Source: a virus. From it: a stretch of DNA of 64,000 bases. Shown here in pieces: positions 18,784 to 28,852 of this stretch. The notes below the pieces were generated by a model, which worked only from the letters and a program-made list of their open reading frames with translations, was not told the DNA's origin and did not search any database. The translations under genes were made by a program, and so were the position numbers. Every line of letters begins with the position of its first letter. The first letter of the stretch is position 1. Where the stretch lies: the IMG/VR virus record IMGVR_UViG_3300005253_000063, positions 32,001 to 96,000 of that record. The stretch is one strand, 5' to 3'.

Positions 18784-19866
18784 ATGGCAACCCCGATCAT
18801 ACAGCTCGACGGTTCAGTTTCCGGGGTAGGGACGCCGGGGGATTCGCGCGACAACTTCATCGTGCCCGAGACCATCAGGATCACCGACACGGCGAATCCC
18901 GCGCCGAGCACGTTTTCTGTCGTGCTGCGCGCTCGGCCGCCCGGCTCGTCTGCGGCTATCTCGCTCGGACCGGGCGCGAACGAGGCGGGATTCCCGATGG
19001 ACGTCCTCGGCACCTATCTCGTCGAGGTTATCGCTGACGGCGCGAGCAGCGGGGTCCTTGCTGTGCTCGGCGGACAGGACTTCTTCTTCTCGACGCAGGG
19101 CGGCGCGGCCTCGAAGCTACTGAACGGCAAGCGCCCGCCTGCAGCTGGCGAAACGATTCAGTATGGTTCAGACGGTTGGGCCGTTGCGCTGAACGAGATC
19201 GTTGCCGCCGCTCTGAGCAGTAGCCAATTCGATGCCATCAACAACGCGAGTCCCGCGCCGTCGGCGGCCAACCCATTCGTCACCGAGGGCAACGCCGAGC
19301 TGGTCCCGGTTGCGACACAGGCGCTCATTCCGACTACGGATCAGAAGACCGATCTGGGTACGCTTGACGGCGCAGCACACGGTACCGTGTTCCACTCCGA
19401 TGCTGCCGGTCGTGTTGCCGCACTCGCGCCGGGTAACGTCGGACAGGTTCTCGAAACGCAGGCGGCGGCGGACCCCGTATTCGCCGACGCCAAGCAGAAG
19501 GTTGCCGCAGAGATTATAGCGGTCGGCACAACGAACCACGCTGGCGCAACGGATACACTCGTCGCCCTGATGACGTCGACGCCTGGGGCCGGTGACTATG
19601 AGGTCGAGTTCGGCGCGAGCGCCGATCTCGATACCGTCAACATTTCGATGTTTTATTCCATCTACGTCAACGGTGTGCAGATCGCTCATAGCGAACGCGA
19701 GTTCCGGCGTGGAGGTTCGGCCGGCGATGTAGCTGGCGCGCTGCACACGAAGGCCGACGCGATTGGAGTGGGAGACGGTCAAGCAATCGAGATCCGCGCT
19801 CGTCTTTCCGCAGGCAGTGCCGACATTTTCCAGCGCTCCCTGAGCATCAAGAAAGTGGTGCCGTAA
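18784..19866 (+). CDS. Tail fibre/appendage-like protein
   Basis: PSAANPFVT motif; G-x-x-GQVL fibre motif; C-terminal beta domain. Confidence 0.6.
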   Translation: MATPIIQLDGSVSGVGTPGDSRDNFIVPETIRITDTANPAPSTFSVVLRARPPGSSAAISLGPGANEAGFPMDVLGTYLVEVIADGASSGVLAVLGGQDFFFSTQGGAASKLLNGKRPPAAGETIQYGSDGWAVALNEIVAAALSSSQFDAINNASPAPSAANPFVTEGNAELVPVATQALIPTTDQKTDLGTLDGAAHGTVFHSDAAGRVAALAPGNVGQVLETQAAADPVFADAKQKVAAEIIAVGTTNHAGATDTLVALMTSTPGAGDYEVEFGASADLDTVNISMFYSIYVNGVQIAHSEREFRRGGSAGDVAGALHTKADAIGVGDGQAIEIRARLSAGSADIFQRSLSIKKVVP

Positions 19867-20507
19867 TGGCGAAGTACACTCGTTCAAAGTCTACGGACTT
19901 TACGTCGTCTGCCGGCGCGATCACTCATAGTGCGCTGCGAGACGAGGTTGGCGCCGCGATTCCGGCCAAGACGCTCATGACGATCACCGAGTTGGAGGAC
20001 GGGGATCTCGTCGAGTTCGACTTCGGCTCTGACACGCTGACCGGTGGAGAGCAGACGACGCTCACGACGGTTTGCAACGACCACACTGCGCCGATGCACG
20101 AATTGATCTTGCGAACTGCGCCGGCCTCGGGTCTTGAGACTGCCGTCGTTACGGATGGTTCGTGGACCGTTCTCCACTACCAAGTCGTCGACCCGAAAAC
20201 ATTGCACGATGACTTGACCAAAATCTTTATGCGGTTCGTTGCCGCTGTGAAAGTAAACGACGGTGCCGCAAGCGAGCTTCCCAAATTTCGGATCGTCGAA
20301 CGCAAAGTATCCGACGATGTTGAAGTGGTCCTGATGACCGCAGTACATCAGCCAGCCGATACCGCCACAGCATTCCGGGCAATGCAATTCGACAGTGACG
20401 TGGACCCCCGCGCCGGCCTGATGGAATACCGCGTTGAGGCTGACCGGAACAGTGCAACAGAATGCGTTGTTCGGGGGGCTGGCTTCATGCTTTGTGCGAA
20501 CGTGTAG
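19866..20507 (+). CDS. Tail-associated hypothetical protein
   Basis: TAATG coupling; less GC3-biased distal half. Confidence 0.55.
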   Translation: MAKYTRSKSTDFTSSAGAITHSALRDEVGAAIPAKTLMTITELEDGDLVEFDFGSDTLTGGEQTTLTTVCNDHTAPMHELILRTAPASGLETAVVTDGSWTVLHYQVVDPKTLHDDLTKIFMRFVAAVKVNDGAASELPKFRIVERKVSDDVEVVLMTAVHQPADTATAFRAMQFDSDVDPRAGLMEYRVEADRNSATECVVRGAGFMLCANV

Positions 20508-20513
20508 AACTCA

Positions 20514-20960
20514 ATGTTCGGAACGGGCGGATACGGACACGCGGGATACGGCGGCGGAGGCGTCCCGGCTCCGGGTCTCAACGCGTGGACGCGTGAGCTA
20601 GGCGCAACGCAAGGTCGACTGATACCCGTCAACGCCGACGCGGTCGACGGTGACTGGGTTTTCGTCTTGGGCCGTGATCTTGCCGGACTCGAACAGGATC
20701 TGAACATCGGCGACTTCGTGCAAGTCGAGCAAACCGCGGACTTCGATACCACTGAAATCGTCTCAGTGGCGCTTCGGATGCGCAGCTCTGCTAGCCTTCC
20801 CAGCCCGCGCAAGTGGAAGGTTCAGCTACTGATCGACGGCGGTGAGCGGGTGGCGCGCACCCTTCGCGATTCGGAAGACGTAGATCAGAAACTCGCCGCG
20901 AACGTTTCACAGCTTGCACCCGGAGATCATACGCTGGCGATCCGGTTGGGGCTTATCTAA
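20514..20960 (+). CDS. Tail-associated hypothetical protein
   Basis: FG-x-GGYG-x-x-GYGGG N-terminus; coupled to next gene. Confidence 0.6.
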   Translation: MFGTGGYGHAGYGGGGVPAPGLNAWTRELGATQGRLIPVNADAVDGDWVFVLGRDLAGLEQDLNIGDFVQVEQTADFDTTEIVSVALRMRSSASLPSPRKWKVQLLIDGGERVARTLRDSEDVDQKLAANVSQLAPGDHTLAIRLGLI

Positions 20961-21679
20961 TGACGATGGTCGAACTCCCAGCCGTCTACATCGACGACGT
21001 GCAGATGCTAGAGCCTGGTGGGCTCGCGCTGCTGAATCGCGATCCAGACGACGGACAAGTCCGAGTTCCCGAAGACCTGAACATCGTGGTCGATATCGCT
21101 GACTTGACTGGTATCGGGATCGACACGTCGGCGACACAGGTCTTCGTCGCAGGCATACTCGCGTTCGATGGTGGCGTCTTTCAGCCGGGCTTCGCGGGCT
21201 CGACGTCGAGTCCCGACTCCGACACGTTGCGCATCGACATCAACCCGGCCTCCGACTTCGCGAGTGAGCAGGCTGTTACCGTGCGCGTGGTCAGTGAGAC
21301 GACCGGTGGCGCGAACACGATCGACGAAACCTATTCGTTCACCATTATCGATCTGATCCCGCCCGCATTTGCGAGCGCGGTTCCCCAGAGCCTTCGCGTC
21401 GTGCGATTCACGTTCGACGATCCGGTCAAGCAAACCGATCCAAATGACTTGCTCGACGCACTCAATCACGATGCCTATCTCTTCACGCCGCTGACCTTTC
21501 CTGCCGTGACGCCGGTCGGTGTAAGCGTGGTCTCCGTTGACGAGCGGACGGTCGACGTCACAGTCAGCATCGATCTATCGCCGGGCCAGACCTATCAGGT
21601 TCGAGCCCCGAACTTCACCGATCCAACGGCGCAACCGCCTCCGCCGATTTTCATTCCGCCTGAAGAGGGGGGTGGCTAG
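20960..21679 (+). CDS. Ig-like domain tail protein
   Basis: Big-type beta pattern (TLRIDINP-x-x-DF...YSFT); Pro-rich C-terminus. Confidence 0.6.
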   Translation: MTMVELPAVYIDDVQMLEPGGLALLNRDPDDGQVRVPEDLNIVVDIADLTGIGIDTSATQVFVAGILAFDGGVFQPGFAGSTSSPDSDTLRIDINPASDFASEQAVTVRVVSETTGGANTIDETYSFTIIDLIPPAFASAVPQSLRVVRFTFDDPVKQTDPNDLLDALNHDAYLFTPLTFPAVTPVGVSVVSVDERTVDVTVSIDLSPGQTYQVRAPNFTDPTAQPPPPIFIPPEEGGG

Positions 21680-22335
21680 TGGCTACGACGATCACTTTCG
21701 TGGCGTTCGTGCCCCCGGCGCCAGCGGACCGGCAGTTCGATCTCATCCGGCTGCTGCCGCTGCTCAACCGCGAGGAGGATGCAACCGAAGACCTCCTGAA
21801 GTTCATCACGTGCTTGCAGGAGATTGTAGACCTCCTGCTGTTCGATGCGGACCGCTGGGTAGATATCCTCGACCCCGACGTTGCTGGCGAGCCCTTCCTC
21901 GATGCGATGCTCGCGGACCTGGGCAACCCGTTCGAGTTCGACCTGAGCGAGATCGACAAGCGGCGGCTCATCTCGGTGCTCGTCGCGATGTACAAGCAGA
22001 AGGGTACTGTGCCCGGCATCATCAACACGATCCGGTTCTTCCTCGGATTCGATGTCACGGTCGTGCCATTTAACACGACGAGCTGGATCCTGGGCGAGGA
22101 CACGCTGGGTGATGACACGATTCTCGGGCCCAGCGCCCAGTTTAACCTCTACGCCTTCAACCTCGTGGCACCCATTGCGCTGACTGTTGAGCAGCGGAAG
22201 CGGATAAGATCGCTGGTAGAGCTGATGAAGGTTGCGCACGAGCACTTCGTCGACCTCATTGAACCAGACACAACCGTCTTCGATCATGTAGAGTTGGGCG
22301 AGTCGGAACTCGGGGACACCTTCTTGCTGCACTAA
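21679..22335 (+). CDS. Baseplate wedge tail protein I-like
   Basis: LDPD...FLD-x-ML-x-DLG and Y-x-x-KGT-x-x-GI motifs of P2 gpI family. Confidence 0.85.
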   Translation: MATTITFVAFVPPAPADRQFDLIRLLPLLNREEDATEDLLKFITCLQEIVDLLLFDADRWVDILDPDVAGEPFLDAMLADLGNPFEFDLSEIDKRRLISVLVAMYKQKGTVPGIINTIRFFLGFDVTVVPFNTTSWILGEDTLGDDTILGPSAQFNLYAFNLVAPIALTVEQRKRIRSLVELMKVAHEHFVDLIEPDTTVFDHVELGESELGDTFLLH

Positions 22336-23249
22336 TGCGACTTATTCCGCATAGCTCGTTTTGTGGCGCCGCCCGACTTACGCGCGCATGCCGTAGAGCA
22401 ATTTTTCTGATTAGAATTCTGAGGTTGAAAATCAGTACGGCACCACGCACACAGTCGCGACCCGATACTGCGCCTCAATGTAAATTTGCAGGAATTCGAG
22501 CAGCAGGGGATTGCAATTCTCCGCTTTGCCTGGGAAAGCGGCATGGAGAAGACTTTTTCACAGACCGGGCATGTAAACGTAGGTCGTCGGCTACGTTTCT
22601 TCGCCGCGGTTGCGGCATTGCCGCATGCTTGCGAACACCGCAGCGTCTTGGAATGGATCGGCGTGAAGGTTGCGCCGCACTCGATGCAGGCTCGCTCCTT
22701 CGGCGCACGAGCCGCTCTATAGCAGGTCGCGGAACAGTGTTTGCGTTCCTTGCTTTGCTGGTGTTCAAACTTTTCCCCGCAATGCGCGCAGACAGTCTTC
22801 GTTCGCTTACGTTTGTGAGCGTGCCTGTGACACGTAGCGCACAGCAGCTCAATATTGTCGATCGCGAACAGGAGAGTGATATCCTTGGTTGGCCAAGGAT
22901 CAACACGATGGTGTCCTACAAGACCGTCGGCGTGACCACATCGCTCACAGGTTTTGTCAACTTTCAAACGCCGTGCGAAGCCGATCCAACCATGCCGGTT
23001 GTACCAGGCCATACGAGTCCTAGCTGGCTCGTCACCGCGTCTGCTGATGCCAAAACATCCTTGAGAGCAAAACTTCCCGTACCCATCCGCTACCTGCCTT
23101 GCACTAGCCGTGAAGGCTTTGCCGCAGACGAGACATACCTTCTTGACTGTCTTCCGCTTCGACTCGGCGTAGCAAGACCTCGAACAGAATTTTGCTGCTC
23201 GTTGGGAGCGCTTGAATGTCGATCCGCATTGTTTGCACACCGTTTCCAT
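22332..23249 (-). CDS. HNH endonuclease with multiple zinc-finger repeats, antisense to late operon
   Basis: C-x-x-CG...HH...NIELLC-x-x-CH-x-x-x-H HNH core flanked by about six CxxC...F...CS-x-x-C repeats; start chosen at METVC. Confidence 0.88.
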   Translation of the reverse strand: METVCKQCGSTFKRSQRAAKFCSRSCYAESKRKTVKKVCLVCGKAFTASARQVADGYGKFCSQGCFGISRRGDEPARTRMAWYNRHGWIGFARRLKVDKTCERCGHADGLVGHHRVDPWPTKDITLLFAIDNIELLCATCHRHAHKRKRTKTVCAHCGEKFEHQQSKERKHCSATCYRAARAPKERACIECGATFTPIHSKTLRCSQACGNAATAAKKRSRRPTFTCPVCEKVFSMPLSQAKRRIAIPCCSNSCKFTLRRSIGSRLCAWCRTDFQPQNSNQKNCSTACARKSGGATKRAMRNKSH

Positions 23250-23292
23250 GACGGACAACGTGTAGCACGTTTTCGTCAAAAAGGCTAGCCAC

Positions 23293-24450
23293 ATGTCCGA
23301 CCGTCTCGATTACTTTTTTAGGCAACTGCTGACCGAGCAAGAATTAGATTCTGGTTTCGATAAGACCGAGGCCGCTGAGCAGAAGCTGATGACCGATCAG
23401 CTCTTGACCGGCATTTTCATTGGCGGCGAAGTGGCCGAGCACTTCCCGACGCCTGATCTGACGGTTGACATCGCCGGCCCGTTGAACGCCTACGACCAGC
23501 TCGGCCGCCGCATCTTTTTCTCACCGCTTCAAGTCCTCGACATGTCCGTCGACGAGCTTGCGGTTTCGACCGCGGTCGACACGCCGGGCAACGAGAAGAT
23601 CCTCACCATCTTCGTGGAGTTCGATCGGCTCCTCTCCGACCCACGTCTCGACGGCAACAATCTCACTGTTTTCTTTCAGCGTGTCGAGAGTTTCAAACTG
23701 AACGTGGTGCAATCGGCCGAGGCCGCGATCGGCCTGGCCGTTCCACCTGCGCCTCGCGCCGACCAGCTCATTCTGGCTGACGTTACGATCGTCAACGCGC
23801 AGGTAGCGATCCTCGATGCCGACATCGATGCCTCGCGCCGCGCCGACGTCTTCAAGCTGACTGGAGCACCGAACTCGATTACAGCAGGACGGGTCAAGCA
23901 AGTTCTGCAGGACATGCTCGACATCCTCAACGGCGGTATCGGCGGGGTAGACGTCATCGAGGGTGGCGATACCGTCATCGACTTCTCGACGCTCCAGAGT
24001 GCCATTCAGGACCTGGCGGAACAGAAGCACGTCGGCATCAACTACGTCTTCGGACTCACTGACATCAATCCGCGGTTGACGGATTGGGTGTACAGCGACG
24101 CACTGTTCGGATGGCGCTCCACCGTCATCGGTGCGAAAGCCGACGGCTGGTGGAAGATGCAGGATAAGCACAAGATTTTGGAGGTCGATGCCTTTGTTAG
24201 TGATGGCGCCCCGGACAGCATCGTCAGTGCTCGGTTGAACGTCCTGAGCATGACGACTCCGGTGGCGCTCATATCCAAGGACTTCCAAATATCGAACGGA
24301 TCCGGTTTGCCGCAGATCATGAGCTTCACGTTCACCCCATTCACGCTCGGGGTGAACGAGATCCTCTTTATCGAGTTCGAAAACACGGATGCCGGAGTCC
24401 TCGCCCGTATCCTTCGGGGGGGCCGCGTCAAGGCTCGTCGCATCCTGTAG
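23293..24450 (+). CDS. Tail fibre attachment/baseplate protein
   Basis: DRLDYFFRQLLTEQELD N-terminus, AYDQLGRRI; follows gpI. Confidence 0.7.
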   Translation: MSDRLDYFFRQLLTEQELDSGFDKTEAAEQKLMTDQLLTGIFIGGEVAEHFPTPDLTVDIAGPLNAYDQLGRRIFFSPLQVLDMSVDELAVSTAVDTPGNEKILTIFVEFDRLLSDPRLDGNNLTVFFQRVESFKLNVVQSAEAAIGLAVPPAPRADQLILADVTIVNAQVAILDADIDASRRADVFKLTGAPNSITAGRVKQVLQDMLDILNGGIGGVDVIEGGDTVIDFSTLQSAIQDLAEQKHVGINYVFGLTDINPRLTDWVYSDALFGWRSTVIGAKADGWWKMQDKHKILEVDAFVSDGAPDSIVSARLNVLSMTTPVALISKDFQISNGSGLPQIMSFTFTPFTLGVNEILFIEFENTDAGVLARILRGGRVKARRIL

Positions 24451-24453
24451 TTC

Positions 24454-25005
24454 ATGCCGACAACGAACAACGGACAGAAGCCTGACCCGCAGCCGCGCGC
24501 GGACACTGACAAGCTCGTCGGTGACGTGCTCGCGGCTGGACAGGACCTCAGCCTTGCGAACGGCAACGACCCCGAGACGGTGTTTCGCAAGACGCTCACG
24601 GCGTTCATCCAGGAGGCTCGCAACGGGGGCAACGGCAACGGCGGCCCGCCATCGAAGGGGCTTAGGCATCCGGTGACCGCTGCCCTCATCAAGTACGTGG
24701 TCACCGCGCTGTTCGCGCTCGGCGCTGCGTACGGTGGAATCAAGCTCGCGGTGAAGAGCAACTCCGACGACATCAAAGCGGTCGATACGAAGTTCGAGGT
24801 CCACGCAGATAAGTCTGCGCACCCTGGCGCGGCAACGAGGGTTGAGGTTAAGAAGGTCGAGGACAAGGTGCAGGCGCTTGACAAGAGCGTTGGCGAACTC
24901 GGCGTCCAGATTGATCAGCAGGAGTTACGGCAAAAGGAACGCCACGATGACATCAAGGGCGAACTGAAGTATCTTCGTCGACGGCGTAACCGGAGGGAGG
25001 ACTAA
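24454..25005 (+). CDS. Membrane protein with coiled coil (possible holin/antiholin-like)
   Basis: One TM segment then heptad-rich helix. Confidence 0.5.
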   Translation: MPTTNNGQKPDPQPRADTDKLVGDVLAAGQDLSLANGNDPETVFRKTLTAFIQEARNGGNGNGGPPSKGLRHPVTAALIKYVVTALFALGAAYGGIKLAVKSNSDDIKAVDTKFEVHADKSAHPGAATRVEVKKVEDKVQALDKSVGELGVQIDQQELRQKERHDDIKGELKYLRRRRNRRED

Positions 25006-25011
25006 GAGACG

Positions 25012-25299
25012 ATGGCACGATTCGAGAAAGTCGCGTTGGCGAACGGGGCGCCTGGCACTGCGTCAAACGTCGAGAAGCTTCGCGACAAGTTCGTCCAAGC
25101 CGAGGGAGGCTTCGGCGGTTCACTTGACGTTCAGGGTTCGGTTGACGGGACGAACTTCCGGGTGGTGCTGGCCGCGGTCGCTGCGGGGAGCATCACCGCG
25201 CTACCAGAAACGTTGAAGGAAGTCCGTCTCGACACAACGAACGCGACCGGTGGGCCTGCCGAGGTCGTGCTTGGTGGGTTCAACGAGCGCGTCTCGTAG
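25012..25299 (+). CDS. Small beta-sandwich virion-like protein
   Basis: VQGSVDGTNF motif. Confidence 0.55.
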   Translation: MARFEKVALANGAPGTASNVEKLRDKFVQAEGGFGGSLDVQGSVDGTNFRVVLAAVAAGSITALPETLKEVRLDTTNATGGPAEVVLGGFNERVS

Positions 25300-25319
25300 G
25301 CGCCGCAGGAGTGTAACGG

Positions 25320-25781
25320 ATGGCCAAGATCGCAGAGGGTTTGAAAGGCATCAACTTGTGTGGGCCCGGCTGCGTGTGGGCCGGTTCGCGTACTGATACG
25401 CAAGCGACCTGGAACGAATGCACGGACGGCAGTTGGCTGCTCGGGCTCTGTTACGCGCTCGCCGTCGATGCCGCGCTCATCGTCTCTGCCGCGCGAGCTT
25501 GTGCTGCGCTCGCGTTGCCGACGCTCGCGGAGCGGAGGGCGTCCCGCCTGCAGCTTGGCATCGACAAGATCGATTCGTGGGAAGGACAGCCGACCAGTTC
25601 TCAAGTGAAGCAGGCGATCGCCGTCGCGCTTGGGGCTGCCCGCCTCGGGCTTTTCCCGCCCAAGATAGACGCGCGCCTCCTTCAGCGATACGCGGTCGCC
25701 ATCCGCGCAACGATTCCATGGTCGGCGGTGGATGCTCGGTTTGCCGAAGATAGGCAGGGCAACCTGACCCCGGTGGCTTGA
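25320..25781 (+). CDS. Hypothetical protein
   Basis: AGGAG SD; W-x-x-C-x-x-G-x-WLL motif. Confidence 0.55.
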   Translation: MAKIAEGLKGINLCGPGCVWAGSRTDTQATWNECTDGSWLLGLCYALAVDAALIVSAARACAALALPTLAERRASRLQLGIDKIDSWEGQPTSSQVKQAIAVALGAARLGLFPPKIDARLLQRYAVAIRATIPWSAVDARFAEDRQGNLTPVA

Positions 25782-25782
25782 C

Positions 25783-27324
25783 ATGAAGCGCTTCGCACAG
25801 AGCGAACCCACTGCGAATCGGCGGCAGATCCTGTTTAAGCTCGTAGACGCGACCGACAATCACACGCCGGAACCGGGGCTCAACCTCGTGACGCTGCTGG
25901 GCGCGATGATCGTGTTGAAGAACGGTGTTGACGCAGGGGCCGCAGGCGTTGTCGACGAGCTAGACGGCGGCTTCTACATCTACACTTTCACCGTCGGCGA
26001 ATGCGACACGCTCGGCGTCTTGCGACTATTCATCGATACCGTCGGCGCTGCGACCGCGATCAGGGTCTTAGATTTCGAAGTGCGCGAGGTGACGTTGATC
26101 TACGGCGACCTGTACCCCGAGGACGCCATCTTCGTCAACGTCGCCACTGGCAGCGCGGGTGCTCTACCTGGTGTCAACGGAACGCCCGCCAACCCGGTCA
26201 ATAACCCGACCGACGCGCGAACGCTGGCAGACCTCTTCGGCCGACGGAAGTACAAGCTCGACGGTGACGATAGCCTCGACATCACGGTCGATCACAAGGG
26301 GTGGACATTTGAATCCGTCGGCTTGATGACGCCGATCTCTTTCCTGGCGACCGCAAACATCGACGGGTCCGTCATTCGTGGCGGGCAGGTGGGGGACCTC
26401 GGAGTGGCGCCCCTGCTTGGGGTCACCCTGGAAGACTGCATCATAACGAACACCTCGTTCTCCGACATCGTGATCGCCAAGCGGTGCATCGTCGTCGGTG
26501 TACTCACGTTCCGCGCCGTGAAATTCTCCCTCTTGGTGTTGTTGGATTGCGTGTTCGGCGATGCGGGGCTTGGTGCGCCAGGTATAGACGCGAACGACAC
26601 CGGCGGAGCGGTATTGGCGAGCGGTCTCATGGGCGAGATGCTCCTGCGAAACGCATCGACCGTCACGGATTATATCTTCTTCCTGAATGGCGGGAAGGTG
26701 CTGTTCGAGGCGACGGCGAGCGGCGGCACGGCGAGGGTCAGTGGCATCGGTACCTACGACAACCAGGGCGCAATCGCGATCGACGCGGAGGGTTTGGTCG
26801 ATCAGGCGGACCCGTTCGTTCGTCATACGGTTACGAGCGGCGCGAGCGACGCAAGCAACGTTCCTGTCCCGTCGAACCTACCGGCTGGCACCTACAATGG
26901 TTACCGTTGCGTCGTCGAGAGCGTAGGCGGCGCGAAAATCGAAGAGAGGATCATCAAGGCTCACACGCGACCGACGCCTGGGGACGACGTCGCGAACCTG
27001 GAACTGGAGACGCCGCTCTCGTTCGTGCCGGCACTCGGCGATCCCGTTTCAATTCGTCTTTCGCCGGATGAGTCGCTCTTGGAAAACGCGCTGCTCGACC
27101 AACGCGTGTACGTGGACGACGGCCTCGGTTCGTTGCAAGTCTCTGCACGACTTTCGAAGTTCCCCGATGCGGCGAGTGCGGCGGCGGCGGTCAAGGACAC
27201 GTCCGCCGGGCCGGGCGTTCCCCACGCTGCCGCAATCAAGACGATCCGCGTCACGTCCGACAAGGACTCCGCGGCTCCTGGTCAACCCAACGCGCACCGG
27301 CAGGTGAAGGAGGATCCGCCGTGA
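25783..27324 (+). CDS. Tail spike/appendage-like protein (possible beta-helix)
   Basis: IFVN-x-x-x-G...GT-x-x-NP pectin-lyase-like entry motif; periodic small hydrophobics and Cys. Confidence 0.55.
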   Translation: MKRFAQSEPTANRRQILFKLVDATDNHTPEPGLNLVTLLGAMIVLKNGVDAGAAGVVDELDGGFYIYTFTVGECDTLGVLRLFIDTVGAATAIRVLDFEVREVTLIYGDLYPEDAIFVNVATGSAGALPGVNGTPANPVNNPTDARTLADLFGRRKYKLDGDDSLDITVDHKGWTFESVGLMTPISFLATANIDGSVIRGGQVGDLGVAPLLGVTLEDCIITNTSFSDIVIAKRCIVVGVLTFRAVKFSLLVLLDCVFGDAGLGAPGIDANDTGGAVLASGLMGEMLLRNASTVTDYIFFLNGGKVLFEATASGGTARVSGIGTYDNQGAIAIDAEGLVDQADPFVRHTVTSGASDASNVPVPSNLPAGTYNGYRCVVESVGGAKIEERIIKAHTRPTPGDDVANLELETPLSFVPALGDPVSIRLSPDESLLENALLDQRVYVDDGLGSLQVSARLSKFPDAASAAAAVKDTSAGPGVPHAAAIKTIRVTSDKDSAAPGQPNAHRQVKEDPP

Positions 27325-27518
27325 GCGCACCTCTTGCGACTGGCGGTATGGAGTGCCCGTCGTCGGGCGCCGGGTTGGCGACCGAGGGCCTGGAGTGCCT
27401 TGGCGCTGGCGCGCAGCGCGGCCGGGTCAATCTTCGAGGCTCCATCCAACTCATCTCGAACTTCCAAGGCACGCTCGTTGAGCGACAGCGTCTGCAAGGT
27501 AAGATCAAGATCGGCTGA
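27321..27518 (+). CDS. Small hypothetical protein
   Basis: GTGA and TGATG overlaps on both ends; AGGAGG SD. Confidence 0.5.
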   Translation: MSAPLATGGMECPSSGAGLATEGLECLGAGAQRGRVNLRGSIQLISNFQGTLVERQRLQGKIKIG

Positions 27519-28288
27519 TGGAGATCCCGCGACAGCCACTCCGCATGGTCCGAGGCGACACGGTTGTCATGCGGCTCACCGTAGTCGACGAGAAGGGGGA
27601 ACTGCAGAATCTCACTGGCAGCACAATCCACTTCCGCATTAAGAAGTCGGTCGCGTCCTCGCGCATCGAGGTGCTCAAGTCCTCGGCGGACGCTAGCGAG
27701 ATCGATCTTCTACCGCAATCCGGGGACACGTTCGCGCAGGCCGACATCTTCCTGGACCCGGCCGACACGGCTGGGCTCGACCCCGGCAAGCACTTCTACG
27801 ACGTCTGGGTAGAAGACCTCCCCGGAGTCGCCGACGATAACGTGCTCATCCGACCGTCACCGATCTTCATCGAGCGCGCGGTGACCGAACTCTCGATACC
27901 GGCGCCACCGCCGCCCGGACCGCCAGGGCCCTCCCTGATCGGTATCTACACGCGCGGCCACAAGGAGACGATCGCAGTTGGCTCCGCGACGACCGAGACC
28001 AGCCTGGGTATCGTCGCGTTCCCCGGCTCCGTGCTCGCTGTCTCCGCGCTGCTTGGCGAGGCGGTGACTGCGGGATCGGTCACGGTCAACGTGAAGGTTG
28101 CGGGGATAGTCGTTTTGTCGATCGTGCTCGACTTGACCAACCCGCTGAAGCTGAGCAGCCCACAGGCATTCGGGGTTGACACCTTCGCCGTCGACGATGA
28201 GATCGCAGTTGAGGTCATTACGGCTGGCTACGACAACGCCGGTTCGATACCATCCGGTCTCACGGTCAACGTCTACCTGGGAACCTAA
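27518..28288 (+). CDS. BppU-like baseplate/virion protein
   Basis: RGDT...NLTG-x-x-I-x-F...DT-x-x-L-x-x-G-x-x-x-YDV motif; Pro-rich linker and second domain. Confidence 0.65.
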   Translation: MEIPRQPLRMVRGDTVVMRLTVVDEKGELQNLTGSTIHFRIKKSVASSRIEVLKSSADASEIDLLPQSGDTFAQADIFLDPADTAGLDPGKHFYDVWVEDLPGVADDNVLIRPSPIFIERAVTELSIPAPPPPGPPGPSLIGIYTRGHKETIAVGSATTETSLGIVAFPGSVLAVSALLGEAVTAGSVTVNVKVAGIVVLSIVLDLTNPLKLSSPQAFGVDTFAVDDEIAVEVITAGYDNAGSIPSGLTVNVYLGT

Positions 28289-28300
28289 CAGGAGGAAGCC

Positions 28301-28852
28301 TTGCGAAAGATACTCACACCGATCACTCTGATCCTTGGCGGGCTACTGCTCGCCGTGGTCGCATACGCACAACCCGAGGCTCCGCCCGCCGAGACGCCAG
28401 ACACTGTGACTCCCGCGTTGGCAGATGCCGCACCTGCTCAGCCCGAGGCGGAGGTACCGGACAAGCCCAAGGCCGAAGAGCCCAAGACCGAGCCCGGTTC
28501 GAACCCGGACCTGTTCGACAAAGGCAAGAAGGTCAAGGGTGCCGTCGACGATCTGCGAGGTGACAGCGACCTGGAGAGGAAGTTCTTGATCGCAGCGCTC
28601 ATCGCCGCCCTCGCGAATCTATTGCTGTCCGGCATCAAGCGAGGGATGAAGCTCACGAGCCGTGGCAAGAAATGGCTACCGCGTGTCGCTCTTGGCCTAG
28701 GTGTAGTCGTCGGAGTTGCTACCTACTTCATACCGGGACATTCGCTCGTCGAGGCGTTGATCTATGGCGGGGGTCCGCCTGGCGCGATCATCATCCAGGA
28801 GGTCTTTCCCTGGGTCATCGGTTCCAAGCCGGGGGGCAGCGGGGAAGCCTAG
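28301..28852 (+). CDS. Holin-like membrane protein
   Basis: Signal-like N-terminus, acidic Pro linker, 2-3 C-terminal TM segments; lysis cluster. Confidence 0.5.
   Translation: MRKILTPITLILGGLLLAVVAYAQPEAPPAETPDTVTPALADAAPAQPEAEVPDKPKAEEPKTEPGSNPDLFDKGKKVKGAVDDLRGDSDLERKFLIAALIAALANLLLSGIKRGMKLTSRGKKWLPRVALGLGVVVGVATYFIPGHSLVEALIYGGGPPGAIIIQEVFPWVIGSKPGGSGEA

Noticed and set aside
18784-28288. Diversity-generating retroelement or invertible fibre cassette
   Set aside because: No reverse transcriptase, template/variable repeat pair or invertase seen in the window
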